Positions 52,213-64,000 of a stretch of 64,000 nucleotides of DNA are shown here, one piece after another (position 1 is the stretch's first letter; each line of letters opens with the position of its first letter). A program made the position numbers and the translations under genes. Under the pieces are notes generated by a model, which did no database searches, had not been told where the DNA came from, and saw only the letters and a program-made list of their open reading frames with translations. The stretch lies in assembly GCA_973895155.1 (NCBI GenBank), contig OZ316895.1, positions 8,978,184 through 9,042,183 of the forward strand. The letters run 5' to 3'. This DNA is from Marsupella aquatica. Taxonomy: Eukaryota; Plantae; Marchantiophyta.

Positions 52213-53058
52213 ATGTCGTTTCAGCAAGATATAACAGGTGTGGAGTTCCTGGAGACTCCACAGTTGCCACCGGGCTTCCGCTTCCACCCAACAGACGGAG
52301 AGCTTGTCAGTTTCTATTTGACCCAGAAAGTTCTGAACAGCAATTTCGTCTTCCAAGCCATTGGAGAGGTAGACTTCAATAAGTGTGAGCCTTGGGACCT
52401 CAGAGAAAAGGCAAAAATGTCTGAGAGCATGTTCTACTTCTTCAGCCTGAGGGATAGGAAGTACCCTACAGGAATGCGGACGAACCGTGCTACTGAGGCA
52501 GGCTACTGGAAAGCCACTGGCAAAGACCGTGACGTGATGAATACCACTGGGAGGCTTGTGGGAATGAAGAAGACTCTGGTGTTCTACACTGGCAGAGCTC
52601 CAAAAGGCGAGAAGACGAATTGGATAATGCACGAATACAGGCTCGAGGACGAATCAACACCTCATCAACAAGAATGGGTGGTCTGTCGCGTGTTTGAGAA
52701 AAGTGGACCAGCTAAGGCTAAGGTGATGCCGACAAACTCCAGTGAAATCACCAGCAGCTACAACGCACCTTACATTAGCAATCAGTGTCTACCGGGTCTT
52801 CAGAATTTGGAACCTCACAGTCCGACTTCTGTAAGACCCAACTACACGTATACAGGCCTCAATCTATCAGACCCGCCACAAAGTAACTACTTCCAGGGTG
52901 CAACCATTCCAGGGCATGAGATGATTCTGAGGCGGACCATGAGCTCTATGTCAGGACGAAGGGACAATTTGCAGTTAGGTGAAAGCTTAGACACACTCCT
53001 TTCTGGTTGGGATATGTACCCTCTCGAGTGGCCCGGGGATGGTGGCACCGGACACTAA
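52213..53058 (+). CDS. NAC-domain transcription factor, NAM/CUC-type, single coding exon (281 aa)
   Basis: [79 protein letters not shown] and EWVVCRVF (subdomains A-E), then a Ser/Pro-rich tail. Confidence 0.97.
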   Translation: MSFQQDITGVEFLETPQLPPGFRFHPTDGELVSFYLTQKVLNSNFVFQAIGEVDFNKCEPWDLREKAKMSESMFYFFSLRDRKYPTGMRTNRATEAGYWKATGKDRDVMNTTGRLVGMKKTLVFYTGRAPKGEKTNWIMHEYRLEDESTPHQQEWVVCRVFEKSGPAKAKVMPTNSSEITSSYNAPYISNQCLPGLQNLEPHSPTSVRPNYTYTGLNLSDPPQSNYFQGATIPGHEMILRRTMSSMSGRRDNLQLGESLDTLLSGWDMYPLEWPGDGGTGH

Positions 53059-56000
53059 TCCAATCCTCCACGCAACAAAAAGCTAGCACACTCACAGTCT
53101 CTCGTGCACTATGCCAGGTCGACCTGGCAGGATGTTCATACCCGCCGCACAAGATGTATACAACAAGCCAACAGTCAGTGCTTCTTGAATGTCAAGAACA
53201 CTAAGAGCTGATTGCGATCGAGCGGAGCTACTTCAGATATGGTCTTGCAAATTGTACATTCAGGAGTCAGTCAGAGCTGTGGACGGTAACTCTTGTGAGC
53301 ACAACAACATCAGGGGCTTCCAATCCGATAGTGCGTGGAGGAGATCATCACAGCATTCAACGACATCGCATGCAGCATTTATTGGGGTCAGCAAGTTCAA
53401 GAGAGACGGCACAACGGGGCTCTGCAGTAGTCTCTACGTCTTGTCCTGTCAAACGTCGTGTATATTGTATATAGCACGAATCAGTTACGCACCCCATTGC
53501 CCTACTCCCTGATTGCCAGGGCTAGATTTTCTGATCTTCTGACAGAGGGTTTCCTCTTGGGACCAGTTTACAGGGGAATATACAATTGAAAACAAAAAAA
53601 CTCCTACCATCTCTTGGTTTTGGTTCATGTTTCTGATGTCCAGTATTACTGTAGATAGTCCTATGGCTGTAATACTGATGTACATAGACTCAATTAAAGA
53701 GAAACCAACCTGTAGTTAATTTGGTTTCAACATACACATACCAGAATCCTTGGACAGCTTATGTGCCGGCAGGTAGAGCTTTGATCGACATGTGGATGTC
53801 GCATAATGTGTGATTGTACACAGCTTCTCGTGTGCTTCTCGTGTACAGTTGTTGGCAACGCACATCGATACAATCCTAGGAGCTACAGTAGTAGCCATCG
53901 GCACACATTCTGCTCTAGGCCATTCGACCACTGAAACCTGGATGCCTCCAGAGAGGAAGCTGGGTGACTCTTGATCATTTTATTCATGTATTCATTGAGG
54001 TTGTTTAATTTCTTGAGTAAAGCTGTTGTCAGGTTCCAACCGAAGATGCAATGCTTATGTTCGTGTGGCATGTGACTTGGTTTTATGTTCTCAATGTGAG
54101 GCATGCTTCTCTAGTACCATGTGAATGGTAGAGGCCTCCCACAAGGGAATTGGATCTCCTAAATGAAGACCCAGGCTTGCCGTTATCCTCGTTTTCCATA
54201 ACAGTCTCTCCATGAATCACACTGAGCGCAACTCATGCACGAAGAAACAACTTCCGTTCTGCACTCTTCTACAAGTTACTCTGAGGGTTCTTCGTTTGGG
54301 AGGTCTCTAAATACGGGAGGGCTTTGACAACTCTTTGAGCAATGACCAAAAAATTTACGAAGTATTTTAGTTTCAAGTCAAAACGTACAGTGAATGACTC
54401 TTCTAGCCTGTCAAGTGCGAGAGTAGGTTCTGTCCTGCCAGTTTTTCTGGTGAAGTACTTCCAGTTACCAAACAACACATTCAGGCAGCGCTTTAAGTGT
54501 TGAAAATTTGCTTGCAAATTAGAATTCTAGCTTAAAAGTCGAAACCACATAGTCACAGTTGTTGGGTTGTGGTCCCGACAGCCATAGGGGACACTTTGAC
54601 TAAAATTTTATGTACACCAGCCTGGATGCCTGAGCTTTTGATAAGGAAGGTAGACCCTTCCCCACCTGTTGCCTCACTCAGAAACTTGCTGTCACCCAGA
54701 ATCAAGGTCTATGGGCTACACTGACTCTGGATCATAGGCGACTCTGGATCATAGGCTCCAGAGAGTAGTTTCATCGCTGGAAATGACAGTCTCCACAGTG
54801 TAACTTTTCATCGTGAAGTACTAGTGAAATGCTTAAGATTACCGAGAGGGGGTATTTAGGCTCTAATTTTATTTGTATGTTTAAAGTTTCCCAGCAGCAC
54901 CATACACGGCGATATACATATTTTAAGGTGGATGGCAGGATATCACTGGCCCGCGGAACACATAATTATGAGTATGCATGGGTTTACTAATTAAACCATG
55001 ATTGTACGGGTGGTCAGTGATGTAATAATATGGTCAAAGCTAATCACTGGTAATGATGAGGTGCTTAACATGGTCAAAGCTAATATTAGGGCCGTAGTTT
55101 AGGAGCAGATTAACTGTCAAGTTCTTGGAACTTGACTGTGCACTCAAAATATAACTCGCGCAAACAGCTTTGACATATGATAATTTCCCGACAGTGTTTG
55201 TCCAAAATGCATTCTCGTAGTTGATTGCATTTTGGGATTGGGAACGGGATGGGAGGCTAGACATAGCTTTGTGCCGTGGTAGAGTCAGGTATTATGTTTC
55301 AGTCTTCAACGTTACTTAGTATATCCTCTTGATTCTGAAGTACCTCCGTCACATGACTTGAATGTAAGTGGTATTCACCTCATACGAGTTGTGTACAAAC
55401 TCAGAGAAGGCCACGCTCAAGATACACAACAACAAAATTAAAGATTAAACCTGCATTTTTGTTGCTACAATATTTGCCTGAATACATGGCCCTGGCTAAT
55501 TAAGGCCGTTTATTGAAAAAAAAAGTGGGCCCAGCCTGGGGCACTGTATTCAGATCGTGTAGCTTGGTCCTGGAATTTGAATAGATTGAAGGCAGTATTC
55601 TCTCAAAGAATACATCATGGCTAAACGTAGAACACCAAGGATAGTGCTTTCATTAATCTATTCAACTACAGTAGGTCTTTCTCATCCAAACCCGGATCAA
55701 AGAAGGAGACTGATTCACACTTAGTCGTTTTTAAGCCACAATGACCTTGGGACTCTAACACAAAGGACAATGCCTTGGGATTCTAACACAAAGAGCCTTG
55801 ACATGCTACAGGACATCTACTTTGGAATGTTCTGAACACCAGGGCAATGACTATTGTTTGGGGAACCGCTGTAATCAAATTAAAGGGGAGCCTCAATAGA
55901 AGACATTGGAAACCTATGTACATTTATTTACACAAACTATTACATATGGTTTCCGCTAAGAATGTTTTAATATTTGCAAAGATTTCTAAAATTCCACAAA

Positions 56001-59000
56001 GTAGCAATGCATGAACATATGCATGTCGTCATCAAACCAAGCTGCTTTGCATGTTGACGTAACTGTAGCAATTGAAAGATTATATCTTGCTCACCAATCA
56101 ACACAGGTGATGAATTTACTACTGAGGTATATAATTGGATTAAATGCATCATCCAGATTGCAGGTAGAAAACAAGAATGGAGCAGCCATTTGAGTAGTGT
56201 CAAGAAAACCGAGAATATTTGTAAACCACAACTGCCCTTCAAAAACTACGGGGTACTTGTAACATTAAAAGGAGATTTTTCCTGAAATTATGGAGCAAAC
56301 TAGCATGCTAGAGGAGAACAATGATTGAAATGTGGAAAAAGGGGGAGGTCTTGGACACTTCCCCTTATATAGGGCAAGTTGTGGTTTAAGAAGAAAGTCA
56401 AGCCAGATCAATCTTCAGCTCAAGTGTATAGTCAGCCTTTCTGTATTGGCAAAAATTTGCCAAATCTTGCCTTGGGATTAAGTAGGGCTACCTTAACAAA
56501 AGTTTTTATTTTATCTTGAAGAATTTGCCAAATACTGAAGTGACAGAAGTGTCTAGTCAGGAGCATCCTGAGGGTGATTGTGCAGGCTCACCAGACCCTC
56601 CCAAACCACTGTTGTTCTCTGTTATGATTCACAGTGTTCTAACTTCCTATTCACACTAACTAAGATGTAATCCGCCAAATTGTAGAATCAGATGCACAAT
56701 CAGGAGGTTGAAACAGGCATATTTGCTCACTTGTTGGTAGTGACAGATACATGATTGCACAATTTTGCCATCCAAATTTTCATCATGTGTTATTCAACTC
56801 CTAGGCATAAGTGAAAAGGAATTTCAGGAGCAAAGCGGGAAAAGTATTGAGTGCTGCCAAGAACTCACCAAAAGAATCATGGCCAGGCTTAGCTGTGAAC
56901 TGTACCTCAGCTTTTCAATTGTGTGGAAAAAGACTAGCAACCGACATCCCATCCTATCCTATCCTATGTCTAACTCAATCAGGTAGACCAAAAATGTCAT
57001 ATTAGGGCTGACACACATTATGAGTTATGTCAGTTGTCCGTTTTTAAATCAATTTGCAGCATGTGAATTTCCTATATTACTGAACCCTCAGGCACACAAA
57101 ACAAACCATGTCACACCTCAACTTCATTTTGCAATTCTCAGTTATTCAAGCTTTATAGAGTATATCATAAGAGGGGGAGATAATTATGCCATAAGCTACC
57201 AGAATTGGTTAGTTTAGTGTAGCCCTAACCCTAAACTGCTATGAACGTAATTATGAGGTGGTGATAGTCTGCCTACCAGGCTTGAGAGGTTCACTTTGGC
57301 CGAAGTGACATGTCATGTACAACAAAATAAGGGCCCACTTATAAGGATGTGGCCGGATACTTCCAAAGAGTGGAAAAACAAATAGGAACTGTTTTATTCA
57401 TAGGCTGCCTTTCAAGAACAGTAGGCCTGTTTTATTGCAGGGAAATTATTTTCTTAAAGTTTTTAAGGGTTGCAAAATAAGAAATGGGCGGATCTATACA
57501 AAGAAAGGGTGAGACAAACCAAAAATTTGCATATAAGATAAGGGGTAAACTCTGAAACGCTGCACATGCTGCTGTATGGCCCTGCATAGACTGACCACCT
57601 TAAGGCTAAAGGCGAGGCTACAGGCCAGATTCCTAAGTACAAAGTGGGGTTAAAGCCTGTCCTAAAGTGAACAATAGTGGCGCTAGGGGGTTTCACCTCA
57701 GTCTAGGGGGAATAACACACCTAGCCACCTTAAGCTAACGAGCATTGTCTGATGCTTTTTAGACATCATTTGATTTATCTAAATCCCTTTAATACAGAAT
57801 TCTCTCAATATCTGCAGTTACCACAAGTTCTCTTCTAACATGAACTAAAGGGCCTAGGGACATTCCTCTTGCCACTTTCTTGAATAAGCGTCATTTCATG
57901 GCGTTCCCCTCCTCGCTTTAAAATTTTTCTTAAATTAATTGCCAGCCAAGCTTCCCAACTCAGATGGCGATTTACTGCCGGAAAAGTCGACAAAAATGAC
58001 CAACTTTACCCAGACAAGCAAACAGTTCAGACATATATGCTACACAGGGCCTCAAAACAATCAATAGAGTCCAAGTTCACACAACCAATCGGGTCCAAAC
58101 GCTACAAACCACCAGAACACGCATGCGCAAAAACCTTCAAACTTCAATATCGCTTGACATTTTCATGCTGATAAGCAAACTACGACACATAGATGACCAA
58201 ATCTTAGCCAAGAACAATAGATGTAGAGAGTTCATGTGCCCTTTGTGGAGAATTAAGCCCAGCCCTGCTACTCAAACGCTGTGGAAAGGAAATTCCATCG
58301 CTATTGGTCCCACTTTACATCCGTTCAAGCGCTATGCCACGCCCTCAAGTTGCAACATACACCGAGAAATGTAGAGATGAGTCGGCAAAGTCACACAACA
58401 GCAGAACTAAAAGCTTGCCACTTCAGGTGCTGAGTACTCATTTCAGGCGAAAGAGTTGCTCTCTAAAATCCTCCAGAGATATTGAATTGAGTGCAAAATA
58501 AAGCCCACTGCCCAAAAGATGTATGCTCTTTCACGCAGTCACGAGCACGTAGGTTCTTCTTTATTACAAATCCTAAGCAGCTGAGAATCGAAAGACAACA
58601 TTAAAATCTTGAAGTACAGAGCGACTACCTGTATTTTACATGCTTTACGATTTCCCCAGGAGACCCAAGCCTACAGCTACCTCTCCATATTTTACACTCG
58701 TGAGGTTAACTGAGGCTTTTAGCCAAGAGCAAGTAACACTGAAACTAAGCTTCAAAGTTATGAATGAATCGTTGTTGCTACTTCTCACAAAAGAGTGAAC
58801 GTATTAAATCTTCTACTTGGAGAGGGAGAGAATCATTACCCCTCCGACCCAGGAAACATACATCAAATAATGGTTTACCTGGAAACAATCTATCTTCAGG
58901 GCATCATTGATCGTTGCACAAAGTCTCTTATATATGTCCCTCAATGATTCATGTAAGGGACACGACACCAGGCCATCAAACCTTGACGAAAATGCCAGCC

Positions 59001-59119
59001 GAGATCGAAATGCTAACGAATGTCCTCCAGCAATATGATGAGCTGAAAAAATGGTATAACCAGTTCTCGGCTTCACTCCAAGCTGGAGACGAGCTCAAAT
59101 GAGATCAACTCTGATTTAC

Positions 59120-61599
59120 CTACTTGACTTCTTCAGGCAGGTCTATTTGCTGCGCACCAAACACTTCTAAGGATATAGGATTCTGAAGAAAAACGACCAC
59201 TCCGCACTTAGATCTTACAAATCCTTCCCAGAGTTGCAAAATAACTTCTCCCTTGGTGACCTTTTTAGCGGGAAGGTCCTGAATGGTACATGCCCTCTCC
59301 AGGCCCGTGACCACAAAATCGTTGGTGAGAATCCTACCCCTGTTTTCCCCCTTGCTACAGTCCGTGACCAGTCCATTCTCATAAATGGCAACCATGACGT
59401 CCAGCTTGTAGCCCTCAACCTTGGATTTCAAGCTGATATTCAGAGAAACTTTCAACTCGTCTGGCGAAAGCTGGTTAAAGGTAGCCTGCATAGATTCAAA
59501 CAGAAAAATGCGAAAATAAGTTGACATCAATTGAACGACATCAAATCCATTGTAAGGGCGCCTACATCTTTGTTTAACAAAGTCTTTAAAATACTAAATT
59601 CTCAGAAGAAAAGAAGCTTTTACTGGGCAGCAGAGCACCATTCTCACTGACTGATAACCATAATGGTTACGAGGCCCCTGGCTCGCAGAGGTTATAGTAA
59701 TGCTCAACGTCTAACTAGTAGGGATAATGGTTTTCTATCACAGACGAAATGCCTTGAACCAATCCTAGACGAGTTGTTATTCAGTTTCCGAGTAAGCCAT
59801 ATGTTGTTCAGCTTGCTGGATGCAGGACGGCGGTCAGTGTCTCCCTCCCACTGAGATAGAAAACAGTCGTACAAATAGGCTTTAGACTGGGTCTCGGAGG
59901 GCCGTAGCGCAGAGCAAGGGAATTTATTGTGGGGGAGCATGTAAGAGATAACCTCAACCTGAAATGTCAGCAAGTTTTGAAAGTACGAACTTGTCTGTGA
60001 TGTTCTGGTGAAATTTGCAGGCTTTTGCCTGAAAAGTAGCTTCCAAGGAAAAACCAATGGAACATCAGAGAGAACGAGAACTTGTACTGAGTGTCCGTGG
60101 TGACCCAAGTGACAGGGGGTGGAGCTCCGAAGTCAACAAGAGTGACTGACGAGGCTGAATTATCTCTTAGTCTCTCGCTCCATCGCACTGGAATTATGTT
60201 TCCCCCGACAAACTTCCCGGTAATCTCTAGATCGCTTAAAGGGATTGAAGGCCGAGAGGGATTGGCCAGAAAAGAAGTAAAGATCCTCCAGTTCTGTATT
60301 GGCATAGTTCTATGGAGTCGCACCTGCTAGAGAGATTTGCGGAACGGGAAGGTTCAGGGATTAAAATTTATGTGGTTTCTCACGTAGCATTAGCGGAATA
60401 CCTCTCTCATCCAAGAGAGAAAGACTCTACCCATTAAGTCCATTGTCACCCTCCGACCTGGATACACTGGCGACCCTAAAGAAAACTCTGCAGGAAAATG
60501 AATTCAAATTATAAAATTTCTCCTAAAACAGCGGAAAAAGGGGTGAAAGGGAAGCGAGCAGCATACATGAATGTCTGGAGCAGGGAATCGAGGGGCCTCT
60601 TGAAGCAAGCCCATTATCGAGCTCGGATTCGATCCGATGCAATGGCTGCGGCCTTGGACTACAGCCTCCGGGGTGTAAATGCTATCCTGTTGCAAAACTT
60701 GCCCATAAGCCCGTTGTCTTAGAGTCCACGTTGGGCTAGCGAAGGGATCTTTCCACCCCAAATAGTCCCAGTACTCCACATGGTATGCCAGGACTATCAC
60801 AGGCACTGCAAGCTCCGCTGCGTCGTCTCCCTGGCCCTGGACAGTTGATGCGACGGTGAAGAGTGAGATTTATCCAGTCATTTCATCCATCTATTCGCCC
60901 TTTGATTGATCTATCTAGGCACGCCACACTTCAAATCTCCCCCATGCCATATACAAAGTAACAGACCCGCAGTATGTACTTTCGTCACTAGAGATCTCGA
61001 GATTAGCTTAGAGAGAGTGAAGCAAACAGAGAAGAGTGAAGCAAACAGACATACTACGAAAATTTAGTTGTATGCATTTAAAGTATCCACCCAGAGCGAA
61101 CGAATCAATCGATTAGAACTACGAAGGGATCGAAGTGGTCATGGGACCAGTACAGTACAAAACCCGACAAAAGCAAAGTCACAACCCAGAGAGGGTGGGC
61201 AGTGAGATCAAGAGATTACCCATCGAGAAGATTTAATTCTCTAATCTTGACAAGTGAGGGAGAGAGAGACATAAAGGGAGAGGGAGAGAGAAAAAGAGAG
61301 AGAGAGATGATAATTACCCGGCCCACCCTGGACATAAACGCATCTGCAGGAGGGCAAGAGCTGCAGCCTTGCGATGTGAAAAGCTCTATTAGAACAGGGC
61401 TCTGATTACCACCCTTGACGGCCTTGGGTCCTGACATTGCTGTCTTTTTCGCATCCTTGCCGTTTACATCCCCTGCTGCGCCTCCAGTTTGTAGGGCCTC
61501 CGGGCCCAGATCTTCAGAACTATTGTTGGTGACTTTGCTCGAATTGTCATCCCCCCTCCTCCTTGCCAAGCCACAGAATAATCCCCTTAGAGAACACAT
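59120..61599 (-). CDS. DUF1223 thioredoxin-fold protein, 3 exons
   Basis: Exons 61599-61318, 60836-60567, 59485-59120 (GT-AG, phase 0). Motifs [47 protein letters not shown] and [14 protein letters not shown]. Confidence 0.94.
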
Positions 61600-62719
61600 T
61601 GCTCTACTCCAACCTGTGCTGCACTGTCCTCCCTGTCGTCTTTGCTACCTCGCTCCTCGACTAGGATGGTTTCAGGGAGAAATCTCAAATCCCACGATGA
61701 GAGAGAGATGGATGGGGAGGGACGGAAAGGCCGAACGATGATTAGATCCCAAAACCGAATTCAACGGATCGACCCACGGTATTTGTTGGCGCACAATCTA
61801 CGATTCTACAAAATTTCAACACAAGCTTGAACACTGACTTGCTCCACAGTTCCAAACCTTCTTGGTCTCTGTCCTGTCCTGTACAAGCCCCAAGATCAAC
61901 ACTCCACAGCAGCAACAATGCCTATCTGTCCGCTCACAGCTGGGCTGTTTGTCCACAAGCAATCCGCTGATCCCCAATGACCTGCTCTAAAAGAAGGAAG
62001 GATTGTACTTCCCCTCGTCTCTCGTGAATCACTCAGTCGTAGAGAATTCCCTTCGTCTCTCCGAGGTGAGTGAATCACTCAGTCGCGCGAAATCGTGTCT
62101 CCGGATCTCGCCTCTGACTGCTAGTTGCCACGCACTCCGCAGCCGCAGACAAACAGGTAATGGATTCGCGTACTGCAGTGTTTGATCTGGTCTAGTCTTG
62201 TAGGCTGGGACTCTGATGTGGCCTCCTCTCTCTGGTCGGATTGCAAGTTGTCAAAATCCCGTTTGCAGAGAAGATCAGGAGCAGTGAGTGGCAGCTGATC
62301 TGTGACTACACATTCGCCTGACGCGTCTTCGACCTTTTCGTAGCTCGTGTCGTTCCTGCTTCCTGGGAAATTGGGAATCCTGGGATTGTTTCCCGGATCT
62401 CACCACTCTGTCTTCATCCCAAAGCAAAGCGCAAAACGCGGCTACGATTCGGGTTGGCTCAGGTCAGGTTGAAAAGATTTGATGCAGAGGAGGGAAATGA
62501 AGAGATCAGAGTCGCGAAGAGTTCAATAATTGAACGACCTCAGATCATGAGACGTGAGAAAGCACAATTGTGACCGATGGGTTTGTATTTGAGAGGCCAG
62601 AGAGCTCAGGCCAATTGTTTCTTGTGGACCCCCATTCATGCAAAAACTCATTTATTGTTGCCCGATTGGGTCCAGTCATTCAATGATGAGGGTGTCTTGG
62701 GCTGAATCATGAGCCTATC

Positions 62720-63045
62720 TTCCGCTGAATGACAAGCGGATTGCCCACTTCCTAATGCATGCAGAAGGTGAAGACATGCAGAAGGTGAAGACATGAGGTG
62801 TGAAAGGCTTGCATCCAGAAGGTGAAGACATGAGGTGTAAAAGCCTTGGATACGAAAGGTGAAGACATGAGGTGTAGACGTGTAATTAACAAAGTAGTAA
62901 CTGGACCTTACTCAGCATCCAAAGCGCGGTGTTGAGGATATTGTGTGCTCAATGACAAGCCTACCGCGTGCTGAATGACAAGTGTGTCACGCACTTCCTA
63001 TCGCATACAGAAGGTGACGACATGAGGTGTAAAATACATGAGGTG
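62720..63045. repeat. gaaggtgaagacatgaggtg repeats within a ~245-bp-spaced local duplication
   Basis: agaaggtgaagacat occurs at ~62763, 62779, 62818 and 62855, with a variant at 63010. 62725-62800 resembles 62970-63035. Confidence 0.8.
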
Positions 63046-63274
63046 TAGCATAGTAGCAACTCAACCTTACTCTGCATCTCAAGCAACAATCACATAGAAG
63101 TGTCAGGCCCTCAATGCCAGCACCCCTCTCTCTCTCATGAACTTCTTTACTAAACTGAGGCTCTCAAAAATACAATGACACTCCATACATGTTCTTAAAT
63201 GGACGAGAAACCACATATGGTTCCTCAACCAAGCTGCCAATCTGTCTTTGTTAATAAGAGCAGGTGAATTCATT

Positions 63275-63440
63275 TGACTAGTAACAAACTAGTCTTGCTA
63301 GCTCACATATATCTCTAACAAACTAGTCTTGCTAGCTCTCATAAGTCTATGTGACTAGTAGCAAACTTTTCTTGCTAGTTCAGATATAGAAGTTGATCTG
63401 ACTGGTAACAAATTGTTCTTGCTGGTTTGGATATAGAAGT
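63275..63440. repeat. ~40-bp degenerate tandem repeat
   Basis: actagtaacaaactagtcttgctagctc-like unit, about 4 copies. Confidence 0.7.
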
Positions 63441-64000
63441 AACTCCTAAAAAGACAATTTACCTCCTATTCTAGCATGAGTGTATGACTGTTTTCAATGT
63501 TCCAAGTGCTACTTATAGTGCATGGATACACATAAGTGCAGAGTTATATTAATTATCCTACCAAGTGTAGCCCAGCAGTAGTACTTTCATTGCGGGCAAG
63601 GTAAGCTCCTAGTTCAAGCTTTATGAGTCAAGTGACCAGCTTTCACACAAACCCTTGTTCCAAATTGGGTTCGCGAAAGCCCTTTGCACTCCAAGACTTG
63701 ACACTAAGAGAAATGAGAGGTCACTCTCTTATAACAAAAATTGAAATGGACAGGTGGGCAGCATCAAGAGTGGGATCCAAGGGGTTGATATAATACATGA
63801 TTTACTTGGACAGTATACCCTTGATATTTTATGCCTTGTTGGCAGTTACAGGGTGGTGAGCCCGCCATGCCACCCTGTATTACCCTTGGGCTCACCATCC
63901 TCGGGGATTGCTGTCGGGATCACCATCTGTAACCCTCTCGAAGTCATGGGTTATTCTGCACTTGATGCAACTTCCATTTGCCCCCTTACCGCTCTCTACT

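Overview
Eukaryotic land-plant nuclear DNA, with spliceosomal introns and plant gene families. A bryophyte such as a liverwort is plausible, but that is an inference. There are four apparently intact host genes: a 7-exon EEP (endonuclease/exonuclease/phosphatase) gene carrying a minor-spliceosome AT-AC intron (416-3168, +), an 8-exon DUF248/PMT-type SAM methyltransferase (26009-30653, +), an intronless NAM/CUC-type NAC factor (52213-53058, +) and a 3-exon DUF1223 thioredoxin-fold gene (59120-61599, -). Decayed or odd coding sequence includes a catalytically degenerate GGPPS paralog that continues in frame, past one TAG, into a duplicated EEP last exon, an NLR-like LRR pseudogene, an ASR (ABA/WDS) pseudogene and a probable TE-derived minus-strand gene. 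The 11.7-23.8 kb block is nested mobile DNA. It holds two related solo LTRs with perfect 5-bp TSDs and a 4537-bp TG...CA element with a 5-bp TSD. That element has no terminal direct repeats or gag/pol, yet contains a ~620-aa ORF broken only by a 4-bp duplication, and it is the most unusual object in the window. No CRISPR array, rRNA or tRNA was seen. All calls are by eye; no searches were run.
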